A stretch of 64,000 nt of DNA from Actinomycetota bacterium (GTDB taxonomy: Bacteria; Actinomycetota; UBA4738; JACQTL01), in the NCBI GenBank assembly GCA_036394995.1, contig DASWED010000062.1, positions 21,149-85,148 on the forward strand. Reading direction: 5' to 3'. The position numbers and the translations under genes were made by a program. The notes under the pieces are model-generated. The model made no database searches. It saw nothing but the letters and a program-made list of their open reading frames with translations, and was not told the origin of the DNA. Shown here piece by piece: positions 56,607 to 64,000 of the stretch (its first letter is position 1; every line of letters begins with the position of its first letter).

Positions 56607-58910
56607 TCAACCCCACCGTTCGCCCAGCATGGCCGCGAGCAGCGCCACCGCGCCCTGCTTGTCCAGGGGCTCGTTGCCGTTCCCGCACTTCGGGGACTGC
56701 ACGCAGGAGGGGCACCCGCGCGTGCACGGGCAGTCGCGGACGGTCTCGAGGGTCGCGCGGAGGAGCCGCTCCTCGCTGCGGAACCCCCGCTCGACGATGC
56801 CCGCGCCGCCGGGGTAGCCATCGTAGATGAAGATCGCGCAGGACTCGGTGTCCGGGTGGTACGCCGTGGAGACGCCGCCCACGTCCCACCGGTCGCACGT
56901 GGCGATGAGCGGCAGCAGCCCGATCGCGGCGTGCTCGGCCGCGTGGGCCGCGCCCGGCACCGCGGCCATCTTCAGCGCCGCCCGGTCGAGGATCGCCGGG
57001 GGGATGGCCCACCACAGGGCCCTCGTGGTGAGGACCTGGGGCGGCATGACCAGGGGGATCTCGTCCACGGCCTCCCCGGTCAGGTGCATCTTCCTGACGT
57101 ACCCGGTGACCTGGCGGGTCACGGTCACGTCGCCGAAGAACGCGGGGGTGTCGCCGATCCTCGACTCCTCCAGCACGCCCACCACCTCGATGTCGGTGAT
57201 GTCGCGCGACTGCGTGTAGTAGTCGGCGTTCGACGACCGGACCAGGGCCACGCCGGACTCGAGGTCCAACTTCGCCACCTCGAACTGCTCCCCCTGGTGC
57301 AGGTAGATCGCTCCCGTGTGCACCGAGAAGTGGGCCCGATACTCGTCGGCGGTTCCCAGCAGCTCGCCGGTTTCCTCCAGGACGATCGCGATCTGTCCCC
57401 CGGAGGCGGATCGGATGTCCACGCTCCGGTGGGGTGAGCGCTGTCCCCGGTGGTGGAGCGTGTCGCCCCGGCGGACCAGTTCGGCGGCCGCGATCAGCCG
57501 CTCGACCGCCGGGCCCACAAGCTCGGGTTCCCCGAAGAACGCAAGCTCGTCGGATGCCAGGGGCTGCTCCCGGGCCGCGCACAGCAGGTGGGGCTCCAGC
57601 ACGTACGGGTTCGTCGGATCGATCACCGCGGCCTCGGGCGGCCGGTGGAACAGGTCCTCCGGGTGCGCGACGAGGTACTGGTCCAGCGGGTCGTCGTTCG
57701 CCACCAGGACGGCCAGCGACCCGCTCTCGCGACGTCCGGCCCGCCCGGCCTGCTGCCACATCGACGCCCGCGTGCCCGGGTAGCCGGCCAGGATCGCCGC
57801 GTCGAGGGACCCCACGTCGATCCCCAGCTCGAGCGCGCTCGTCGCGGCCACCGCAAGCAGCTCCCCGTCGGCGAGCGCCCGTTCCAGCCGCCGCCGCTCC
57901 TCTGGCAGGTACCCGGCCCGGTACGCCTTGATCCGCGACTTCACCGCGCCGGGGACCTCGCGCCGGGCGAACTCCGCCAGCAGCTCCGCCGCCCTCCGGG
58001 ACCGGGCGAACGCGATGGTCCGGATCCCCGCCTCCGCCAGGCGCCCCAGCAGGAACGAGGCCTCGCTGACCGCCCCCCGCCGGGCCCCGGTCTCGTCGTC
58101 CACGATCGGGGGGTTCCACAGCGCGAACAGCTTCTCCCCGCGCGGCGACCGGTCCTCGCTCACCTCCTCGAAGTCCAGGCCCGTGAGCCGCGAGGCCAGC
58201 TCGCCGGGATTCCCCACGGTGGCGCTGGCCAGCACGAAGCGCGGATCGCCCCCGTACCGGGCCACCAGCCGCCGGAGGCGCCTGAGCACCATCGCCACGT
58301 GGGATCCGAAGACGCCCCGGGCCACGTGGGCCTCGTCCACCACCACGTACGCCAGCCGCAGGAAGAAGTCCGCCCACCGCGCGTGGTCCGGCAGCACGCT
58401 CGCGTGCAGCATGTCCGGGTTCGACATCACGAGGTTCGCGTTCCGCCGGATCATCGGCCGCTCGGCCGACGGCGTGTCCCCGTCGTACACGGCCGCCCGG
58501 ATCTGGGGCAGCCGCAGCCCACGCACCTGACGCAGCTGGTCCCGGGCGAGGGCCTTCGTCGGGAACAGGTACAGCGCCGTCGCCTTCGGATCCCCCAGCG
58601 CCCGGGCGGCGAACGCCAGGTTGTACACGAGCGTCTTCCCGCTCGCCGTCCCCGTCGCGATCACCACGTTCGCCCCCGATGCCACAGCATCGAACGCAGC
58701 CCGCTGATGGGCGTACAGCCCGTCGATCCCGATCAACGAAAGCCGCTGCACCAGCACATCGGGCAGCTCCGGGAACGGCCCCACCTCCGGCGCCCGCTCC
58801 GGCAGCTCCTCGACGTGCACCAGCGACTCGGCGAACGCTTCGTCCGAAGCGAACCCCGCGAGGAACCCCCGAGCATCCACCAGCCCATCGTAGAGGCGGC
58901 CGGCGACCAC
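56607..58910 (-). CDS. DEAD/DEAH-box helicase with C-terminal DUF1998 zinc-ribbon domain (MrfA/SftH-like)
   Basis: Helicase motifs 'ATGTASGKT', 'VVVDEAH', 'SAT'. HELICc domain. C-terminal 'CPCTRGCPSCVQSPKCGNG' four-Cys DUF1998. Confidence 0.85.
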   Translation of the reverse strand: MVAGRLYDGLVDARGFLAGFASDEAFAESLVHVEELPERAPEVGPFPELPDVLVQRLSLIGIDGLYAHQRAAFDAVASGANVVIATGTASGKTLVYNLAFAARALGDPKATALYLFPTKALARDQLRQVRGLRLPQIRAAVYDGDTPSAERPMIRRNANLVMSNPDMLHASVLPDHARWADFFLRLAYVVVDEAHVARGVFGSHVAMVLRRLRRLVARYGGDPRFVLASATVGNPGELASRLTGLDFEEVSEDRSPRGEKLFALWNPPIVDDETGARRGAVSEASFLLGRLAEAGIRTIAFARSRRAAELLAEFARREVPGAVKSRIKAYRAGYLPEERRRLERALADGELLAVAATSALELGIDVGSLDAAILAGYPGTRASMWQQAGRAGRRESGSLAVLVANDDPLDQYLVAHPEDLFHRPPEAAVIDPTNPYVLEPHLLCAAREQPLASDELAFFGEPELVGPAVERLIAAAELVRRGDTLHHRGQRSPHRSVDIRSASGGQIAIVLEETGELLGTADEYRAHFSVHTGAIYLHQGEQFEVAKLDLESGVALVRSSNADYYTQSRDITDIEVVGVLEESRIGDTPAFFGDVTVTRQVTGYVRKMHLTGEAVDEIPLVMPPQVLTTRALWWAIPPAILDRAALKMAAVPGAAHAAEHAAIGLLPLIATCDRWDVGGVSTAYHPDTESCAIFIYDGYPGGAGIVERGFRSEERLLRATLETVRDCPCTRGCPSCVQSPKCGNGNEPLDKQGAVALLAAMLGERWG

Positions 58911-58948
58911 CCCGGCGCGGCAACCTCCGCCGATAGTATGGCCCGTCC

Positions 58949-59971
58949 ATGGACTGGGTTCTCCTCGCCGTCGCCTTCGTCGTCATCCTGGCCGGCGCCG
59001 AGCTGTTCACCAATGGCGTGGAGTGGGTCGGTGAGGGCTTCGGCCTGTCCGAGGGCGCGGTCGGCAGCGTCCTGGCCGCCGTGGGGACCGCGCTCCCCGA
59101 GACCGTCCTGCCGTTCATCGCGATCCTGTTCTCCGGCGGGGAGCGCGGCAGGGAGATCGGGACCGGCGCGATCCTGGGCGCCCCGTTCATGCTCACCACG
59201 CTGGCCATGTTCGTCCTGGGAGTGGCCGTGCTCCTGCCGTCGCGGCGCCGGGGGCGAGCCGAGCTTCGCGGCGACCGCCGGGTGATCCGCCACGACCTGG
59301 CCTACTTCCTCGGCATGTACTCCCTCGCCGTCGTGGCCGGCCTGTGGCACTTCACGCCGTACAAGGTCGCCCTGGCCGTGGCGCTCGTGGTGGGGTACGG
59401 GTTGTACGTCCGGCGGCACTTCGCCGGGTCCCGCGAGGACGTGGTGGAGTCCGAGGCCGCCGGGGAGGTCCGGCCCCTGTACTTCATGCGCCTGCGGAGC
59501 CGGACCGTCGCGGGCCGGGTCCCGCCCCACTGGCTGAGCGTCATCCAGTCGCTGGCCGCCCTGGGGCTGATCATCGGGGGGGCGAAGCTGTTCGTGGACC
59601 AGGTCGACGTCCTGGCCGAACGCCTCGGCGTGCCCCGGCTGGCGTTCGCGCTCCTGCTGGCACCGCTGGCCACCGAGCTCCCGGAGAAGTTCAACAGCGT
59701 GATCTGGGTCCGGCGGGGGAAGGACACGCTGGCCCTCGGGAACCTCACCGGGGCCATGGTGTTCCAGTCGTCGTTCCCGGTGACGATCGGACTCCTGCTC
59801 ACCCCGTGGCGCCTGTCGAACGAGTCCCTGGTGGCCGCGCTGGTGGCGCTGGGGGCCGGCCTGGTCCTGTACACCACCCTCCGGAGGCGGGGGCCGCTCT
59901 CCGGGCGCCTGCTGCTGTTCCACGGGCTGTTCTACGCGGGATACGTCATGTACGTGATCACCCGGCTGTAG
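58949..59971 (+). CDS. Ca2+/cation antiporter (CaCA family) membrane protein
   Basis: Two alpha-repeat regions 'GVEWVGEGFGLSEGAVGSVLAAVGTALPE' and 'LAERLGVPRLAFALLLAPLATELPE'. Confidence 0.8.
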   Translation: MDWVLLAVAFVVILAGAELFTNGVEWVGEGFGLSEGAVGSVLAAVGTALPETVLPFIAILFSGGERGREIGTGAILGAPFMLTTLAMFVLGVAVLLPSRRRGRAELRGDRRVIRHDLAYFLGMYSLAVVAGLWHFTPYKVALAVALVVGYGLYVRRHFAGSREDVVESEAAGEVRPLYFMRLRSRTVAGRVPPHWLSVIQSLAALGLIIGGAKLFVDQVDVLAERLGVPRLAFALLLAPLATELPEKFNSVIWVRRGKDTLALGNLTGAMVFQSSFPVTIGLLLTPWRLSNESLVAALVALGAGLVLYTTLRRRGPLSGRLLLFHGLFYAGYVMYVITRL

Positions 59972-59995
59972 ACCGGCGAGCGAGTCCATGACGGA

Positions 59996-60901
59996 CTAGT
60001 TGATGAGGCCGTCGCCCTTCATGTTGGCGTACATGGCCTTCGCGCTGTCGCTGATGAACACGACCGACTTGTCGCCGACGAACCCGGTGCGCCCCGGGAC
60101 CACCATGTTCTTCACCCCGCTGGAGCGGACCTGGGACGCCGTGAAGCCGAGCTTCAGGACCTCCTGGAGCGACAGGTCGGTCTGCACGTTCCGCATCCCG
60201 GCCCCGATGTAGGTCAGCAGGACGGAGGGGTCCTTGGCGAAGTCCTTCCGGAACTCGGCGAGCGTGGCCAGGAACAGCCGGCCCTGGTTCTCCGAGCGCG
60301 TGAAGTCCCCGTTCGAGAAGTCGTGCCGGTCCCGGGAGAACGACAGGGCCTGGGCCCCGGTCATGTGGATGGGCCCGGGGTCGAAGTCCGCCCCGGAGAA
60401 GTGGTCGTGCATCGGCGTGAGCACGTTCACCGTCACGCCGCCCACGGCGTCGATCGCCTCCTTGACGCCCTTGAACGAGGTCAGGACGTAGAAGTCGAAG
60501 TGGATCCCGGTGAGGCTCTCCATGGTCTTGATCGTGAGCTCCGGGCCCCCGGAGCTCATCGCGGAGTTGATCTTGTCGGTGCCGTGGCCGGGGATGTTCA
60601 CCCAGGAATCGCGGGGGAACCCCAGGACCGAGGCCTTCTTCTTCGCCGGGTTGATCCCGATGATGTGGATCGAGTCGGACCGCTCGCGGTTGATGGGCTC
60701 GCCCGGCCGGGCGTCGCTCCCCAGGGTCAGGATGAAGATGGGCTTCTTGCCGTCGAGAACCGGGAAGGCCTGGGCCGGGTGCGCCTTCCCGAGGGCGAAC
60801 CGGGGGAGGGCCTGGGCCGCGGGCGTGGATGCCGTGCCCAGGGCCGAGCCCGTCACCCACACCGCGAGCGCGGTGACCGCGAGGACGATGCGCCGCCTCA
60901 C
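59996..60901 (-). CDS. LytR-CpsA-Psr (LCP) family cell-wall glycopolymer ligase
   Basis: GTG at 60901 overlaps the upstream gene's stop (GTGA). TM 'IVLAVTALAVWVTGSAL'. LCP core 'DSIHIIGINPAKKKASVLGFPRDSWVNIPGHGTDKINSA'. Confidence 0.8.
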   Translation of the reverse strand: MRRRIVLAVTALAVWVTGSALGTASTPAAQALPRFALGKAHPAQAFPVLDGKKPIFILTLGSDARPGEPINRERSDSIHIIGINPAKKKASVLGFPRDSWVNIPGHGTDKINSAMSSGGPELTIKTMESLTGIHFDFYVLTSFKGVKEAIDAVGGVTVNVLTPMHDHFSGADFDPGPIHMTGAQALSFSRDRHDFSNGDFTRSENQGRLFLATLAEFRKDFAKDPSVLLTYIGAGMRNVQTDLSLQEVLKLGFTASQVRSSGVKNMVVPGRTGFVGDKSVVFISDSAKAMYANMKGDGLIN

Positions 60902-61563
60902 CCCGAGCCCCCGGTGCCGCTCGTCTTCGGCGTGGGCGCGGCCCCGCCGGCGTGATCCGTCCGCTTGGCCTTGTACCCCACGATGACCCAACCCCCCTCG
61001 CCGGATTGCAGGATGTACGTCGCGTGGCTCTTGATCACCATAGTCTTCCCGTTCTTCTGGTCGCCGATCGCCGTGAAGTCCGCCTTGGCGGAGATCGTGA
61101 ACGGCACCCCGGTCTTGTCGGTGAGCACGCGGACCACCAGGGCCCCGTACTTGGGCTTGACGGACTCGAACGTGTCGCCCGCGTTCGCCCCCAGGGTCAG
61201 CACCTCGGTGTCGCGCTTCGCGCTCGCCGCGGTGTCCCCCAGCGAGAAGAAGCCGTAGACGGTCTCGTAGTCGCCCGGCTGCCACCGCGTGGGATCCAGG
61301 AACGCCAGGGCGTACATCGTGCTCAGGCGATCCTTCACCTCCGCGACGTCGTCCTTCGCGCCGCTCGACTTCTTCTTTCCCGTGACCACCGGGATCACCT
61401 TGGTCGACCGGAGCTTGAAGTGGAACTCCGGCGTCTGTTCGCCCGGGCTCGGGAGGGGACTGCCCGTCCCGTCATGTCCCGGCTCGCCGTCGCCGCCGCC
61501 GCGGAGCAGGAAGAACGCGCCGACGCCGGCCACGAGGACGACCGCGACCACGATCGCGATCAC
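60898..61563 (-). CDS. Hypothetical secreted/anchored protein (N-terminal TM then ~200-aa domain); start uncertain (GTG 61563 or upstream TTG)
   Basis: High-GC3 frame. 'RSWRVIAIVVAVVLVAGVGAFFLL' TM. Coupled to the LCP gene. Confidence 0.5.
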   Translation of the reverse strand: MIAIVVAVVLVAGVGAFFLLRGGGDGEPGHDGTGSPLPSPGEQTPEFHFKLRSTKVIPVVTGKKKSSGAKDDVAEVKDRLSTMYALAFLDPTRWQPGDYETVYGFFSLGDTAASAKRDTEVLTLGANAGDTFESVKPKYGALVVRVLTDKTGVPFTISAKADFTAIGDQKNGKTMVIKSHATYILQSGEGGWVIVGYKAKRTDHAGGAAPTPKTSGTGGSG

Positions 61564-61729
61564 GCGCCAACTACGGGAGGAGGCGGGGTGAGGTGCTGGG
61601 GTGGACAAGTCCGGGAGAGGGTATCGGCCGACCCGGAGAACAGCAACCAACCGGAGCCCGGCCCGGTCGCCAAGGCCGGCCCGAGCCCGTTCGACCGCGG
61701 GGCGGCCGGGGGATATCCTTCCCGCCGAG

Positions 61730-62068
61730 ATGAACCTCGACCTGGAGACCAGCACACAGGGCAAGACCAGCGTCGTCTCGCTGCGGGGAGAGATCGACGT
61801 GTACACCGCACCCCGGCTCCGTCAGGCGCTCATCGACCTCGTGAGCGGCGGGGCCACCGACATCGTGGTGGACATGGACAAGGTCGACTTCCTGGATTCC
61901 ACCGGGCTCGGAGTCCTGGTGGGGGGCCTGAAGCGGGTCAAGTCGAACGAGGGTGACCTGCGGCTCGTGGTGACCCAGGAGCGCATCATGAAGATCTTCG
62001 ACATCACCGGATTGTCGAAGGTGTTCCCGATGTACGAGTCCCTCGACGCGGCCCTGCAGCAGGCGTGA
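61730..62068 (+). CDS. STAS-domain anti-sigma factor antagonist (RsbV/SpoIIAA-like)
   Basis: '[20 protein letters not shown]...[23 protein letters not shown]' with the conserved phosphorylatable Ser context 'DSTGLG'. Confidence 0.75.
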   Translation: MNLDLETSTQGKTSVVSLRGEIDVYTAPRLRQALIDLVSGGATDIVVDMDKVDFLDSTGLGVLVGGLKRVKSNEGDLRLVVTQERIMKIFDITGLSKVFPMYESLDAALQQA

Positions 62069-62520
62069 TCGACCCCGACGTCGAGATCGCGATCCCGTCC
62101 CGGCCCGAGTTCGTGGCACTGGTGCGCCACGTGGTGGGGGCCGCGGCCCGCATGGGCGGGCTCTCGCCGAACCTCGTGGACAACGCGAAGCTCGCCGTGT
62201 CCGAGGCCGCCACCAACGCCGTGAGCGTGAACAGCAGGGCCGGCTCGGTCGACAGCGAGATCCGCGTCCTGGCCGAGCTGGAGGGCGACCGGATGGTGGT
62301 GGAGGTCAGCGACCGCGGCTCCCACGATGACACGGTCCGGTCCGTGTCCACCGGCGAAACCGACAGCGACTCCCTCGACTTCAGCTTCGAACGGGGGCTC
62401 TCGCTCCCGCTGATCCAGGGCCTGGTGGACGAGTTCGAGATCGAGGCGCGCGACGGCGGCGGCAGCGTCGTGCGCATGACCCTGATCGACGCCGCGGCGG
62501 AGGACGGCGCCGGGGGCTGA
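62065..62520 (+). CDS. Anti-sigma regulatory factor, HATPase_c Ser-kinase (RsbW/SpoIIAB-like)
   Basis: The GTG overlaps the rsbV-like stop (GTGA). '[10 protein letters not shown]' N-box and 'DRGSH...G.GL' G-box-like segments. Confidence 0.7.
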   Translation: MIDPDVEIAIPSRPEFVALVRHVVGAAARMGGLSPNLVDNAKLAVSEAATNAVSVNSRAGSVDSEIRVLAELEGDRMVVEVSDRGSHDDTVRSVSTGETDSDSLDFSFERGLSLPLIQGLVDEFEIEARDGGGSVVRMTLIDAAAEDGAGG

Positions 62521-62657
62521 CGAACGCCGGTCTCCCGGCCGATGGCCTCCGCGAAGGCCGCACACAACTGAAGCGTTGGACAGGTGCGCCGGGAAGTCTG
62601 GTCGGCGGGTTCCCGGCGCCGCGCGCGTTCGGCCCGGGGACCACGGAGGAGACGTTT

Positions 62658-63857
62658 GTGGACGTGATCCTCGAGGTGTTCATCGTGTTCGCCGGGGCCA
62701 AGGCCGCCGGGGAGCTGTTCGTGCGCCTGCGCCAGCCCGCCCTGGCCGGCGAGCTGCTGGTGGGCGTGCTGATCGGCCCCCACGTCCTGGGATGGGTCCA
62801 CCTTGGCTCGGCCATGGAGGTGCTCTCCCAGCTGGGGATCGTGGTGCTGCTGTTCACGGCGGGCCTGGAGTCCCCCCTCTCCGACCTCCTGGCGGTGGGC
62901 CGGGCCGCGCTCCTGGCCAGCCTGGGCGGGGTGGTGGTGACGTTCGGCGGTTCGTTCGCGGTGCTGATCGCCCTGGGGGTGGGGGCGGAGCTGGCGGCCC
63001 CGGCCGCGCTCGCGCTCTCTGCGTCCTCGGTGGGGATCGCCGCCCGGGCCTTCGGGGACCTCGGCGCGATCAGGAGCCGCTCCGCCCGCGTGGTGCTCGG
63101 CGCAGCCGTGGTGGACGACGTGGTGGTGCTGGCGGCGCTCCCGCTGGCCCTCCAGGCGGGGTCGGGGGGCTCCACCTGGAGCGTCGTGGCCGGGGTGATC
63201 GGGGCCGTGGCGTTCGTGGTGGCGCTCACGCTGATCGGGCCCCGGGTGGCCCGCCGGCACGGGGGGGCCATCCTGGAGGGCCCCCGGATCGGCCGGAGCT
63301 CGTTCGTCCTGGCCCTGATGCTGTGCCTGGGGCTCGCCGCGCTGGCCGAGCGCGTCGGCCTGGCCGCCCTCATCGGTGCGTTCCTGGCCGGCATGATCCT
63401 CGCGGAGACCGACCAGCGGAGATCCCTGCAGCGCCAGATGGAGCCGCTGTTCGACCTCCTGGTCCCGTTCTTCTTCGTGGTCTCCGCCGCGCACGTGGAC
63501 CCCGGCGCCCTCGACGACGCCGGAATCGGGTTCCTGGCCGCGGTCCTGGGGATCGCGCTCCTGGCCAAGCCCGCGGGGGTCGTCGCCGGGGCAATCGGCA
63601 TCGGCCTCCGGGAACGCATGGCCGTCGGCGCCGGCATGCTCCCCCGGGGCGAGGTCACCCTGGCCGTCGCCACGGTGGCCGCGGCCGGTGGATCCCACCC
63701 GGAGCTGTACGCGGCGCTGGTGACCACCGTGCTGGTGTCCACCCTCCTGGCCCCCGTCTTCCTGCAGGCCGTGGTGCCGCCGAGCGACCGCCGCGTCGCC
63801 GGGCCCCGCCCGGAGATCCCCCCGGAGGCGTTCGAGGTGGAGGACGAGGAGGAGTGA
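62658..63857 (+). CDS. Cation:proton antiporter (CPA1/CPA2, Na+/H+ exchanger family)
   Basis: GTG after a GGAGGAGA Shine-Dalgarno. About 11-12 TM segments. 'LFTAGLES' and 'IGAFLAGMILAET' Na_H_Exchanger motifs. Confidence 0.8.
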   Translation: MDVILEVFIVFAGAKAAGELFVRLRQPALAGELLVGVLIGPHVLGWVHLGSAMEVLSQLGIVVLLFTAGLESPLSDLLAVGRAALLASLGGVVVTFGGSFAVLIALGVGAELAAPAALALSASSVGIAARAFGDLGAIRSRSARVVLGAAVVDDVVVLAALPLALQAGSGGSTWSVVAGVIGAVAFVVALTLIGPRVARRHGGAILEGPRIGRSSFVLALMLCLGLAALAERVGLAALIGAFLAGMILAETDQRRSLQRQMEPLFDLLVPFFFVVSAAHVDPGALDDAGIGFLAAVLGIALLAKPAGVVAGAIGIGLRERMAVGAGMLPRGEVTLAVATVAAAGGSHPELYAALVTTVLVSTLLAPVFLQAVVPPSDRRVAGPRPEIPPEAFEVEDEEE

Positions 63858-64000
63858 GGCAGGTCAGCCCGGCGGGCGCCGACCTATAATCCACCGGCGT
63901 TTTCCCTCCGGATCGGCGGGAACGCTCCGCACCGGACCACGGACACCGAACGCGCTCGCTTCGACATCCAGGAGGGTTCATGGGGAACGTCCTCGCGGCG

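Noticed and set aside
61595-61610. DnaA-box-like nonamer (reverse complement TTGTCCACC)
   Set aside because: A single copy with one mismatch. No cluster of boxes or AT-rich unwinding element. oriC is expected upstream of yidC (dnaA side), outside this window.
1-64000. Search for CRISPR arrays, IS/transposase, integrase, tRNA/rRNA genes
   Set aside because: No spacer-repeat arrays, no terminal inverted repeats flanking a transposase-like ORF, no recombinase motifs and no rRNA-like stretches were seen. The window appears to be core chromosome, with possibly accessory-like secreted-enzyme genes at 40.9-44 kb.

Overview
This window is a high-GC, actinobacterial-type chromosomal segment with very dense coding, and many adjacent genes overlap by 4 nt (GTGA or ATGA, stop-over-start).

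It opens with the replication-origin-proximal partition locus yidC(3' part)-jag-rsmG-parA-parB (+ strand). Three 16-bp parS palindromes are present: two in the jag-rsmG spacer and one downstream of parB. An unusually long (~750 nt) non-coding stretch follows.

Next comes a divergent PLP aminotransferase / trpS pair. After that, a minus-strand cell-envelope/redox block lies with the same gene order as the Mycobacterium cwlM-trxC-trxB2-antiSigM-sigM-mviN region. The genes are cwlM-like amidase, trxA, trxB, zinc anti-sigma, ECF sigma, Ser/Thr kinase, a small single-pass membrane protein, murJ, a DUF6049-like envelope protein, a Nudix hydrolase and a YbaK deacylase.

Further genes, in order:
- a KGG stress miniprotein;
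- an orphan pilT;
- a translationally coupled DUF4157-like zincin + BNR/Asp-box protein pair;
- grpB, cca and an MFS exporter;
- a second ECF sigma with a membrane partner carrying three tandem ~150-aa repeats;
- modE-like-modA-modB-modC;
- ychF;
- Ni-superoxide dismutase sodN with its maturation protease sodX in a minimal divergent arrangement;
- an Lpd-like flavoprotein disulfide reductase;
- an Eis-like GNAT;
- an internally deleted RibD_C remnant;
- an MFS transporter;
- padR-ino1;
- a secreted BNR protein and a sulfatase;
- a large LAL/LuxR regulator;
- a Ser/Thr kinase with a repeat-rich ectodomain;
- an AlkP-like phosphodiesterase + Wzx-like flippase;
- two small membrane proteins;
- a LOG/TIGR00725-like protein + a Sec-dependent RTX-like Ca-binding protein + a DUF1998 DEAD-box helicase;
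- a CaCA antiporter;
- an LCP ligase with a coupled upstream secreted protein;
- an RsbV/RsbW-like pair;
- a CPA antiporter.

No rRNA, tRNA, CRISPR array, transposase or integrase was recognisable. Many long alternative-frame ORFs in the six-frame track are GC-rich frame artefacts.
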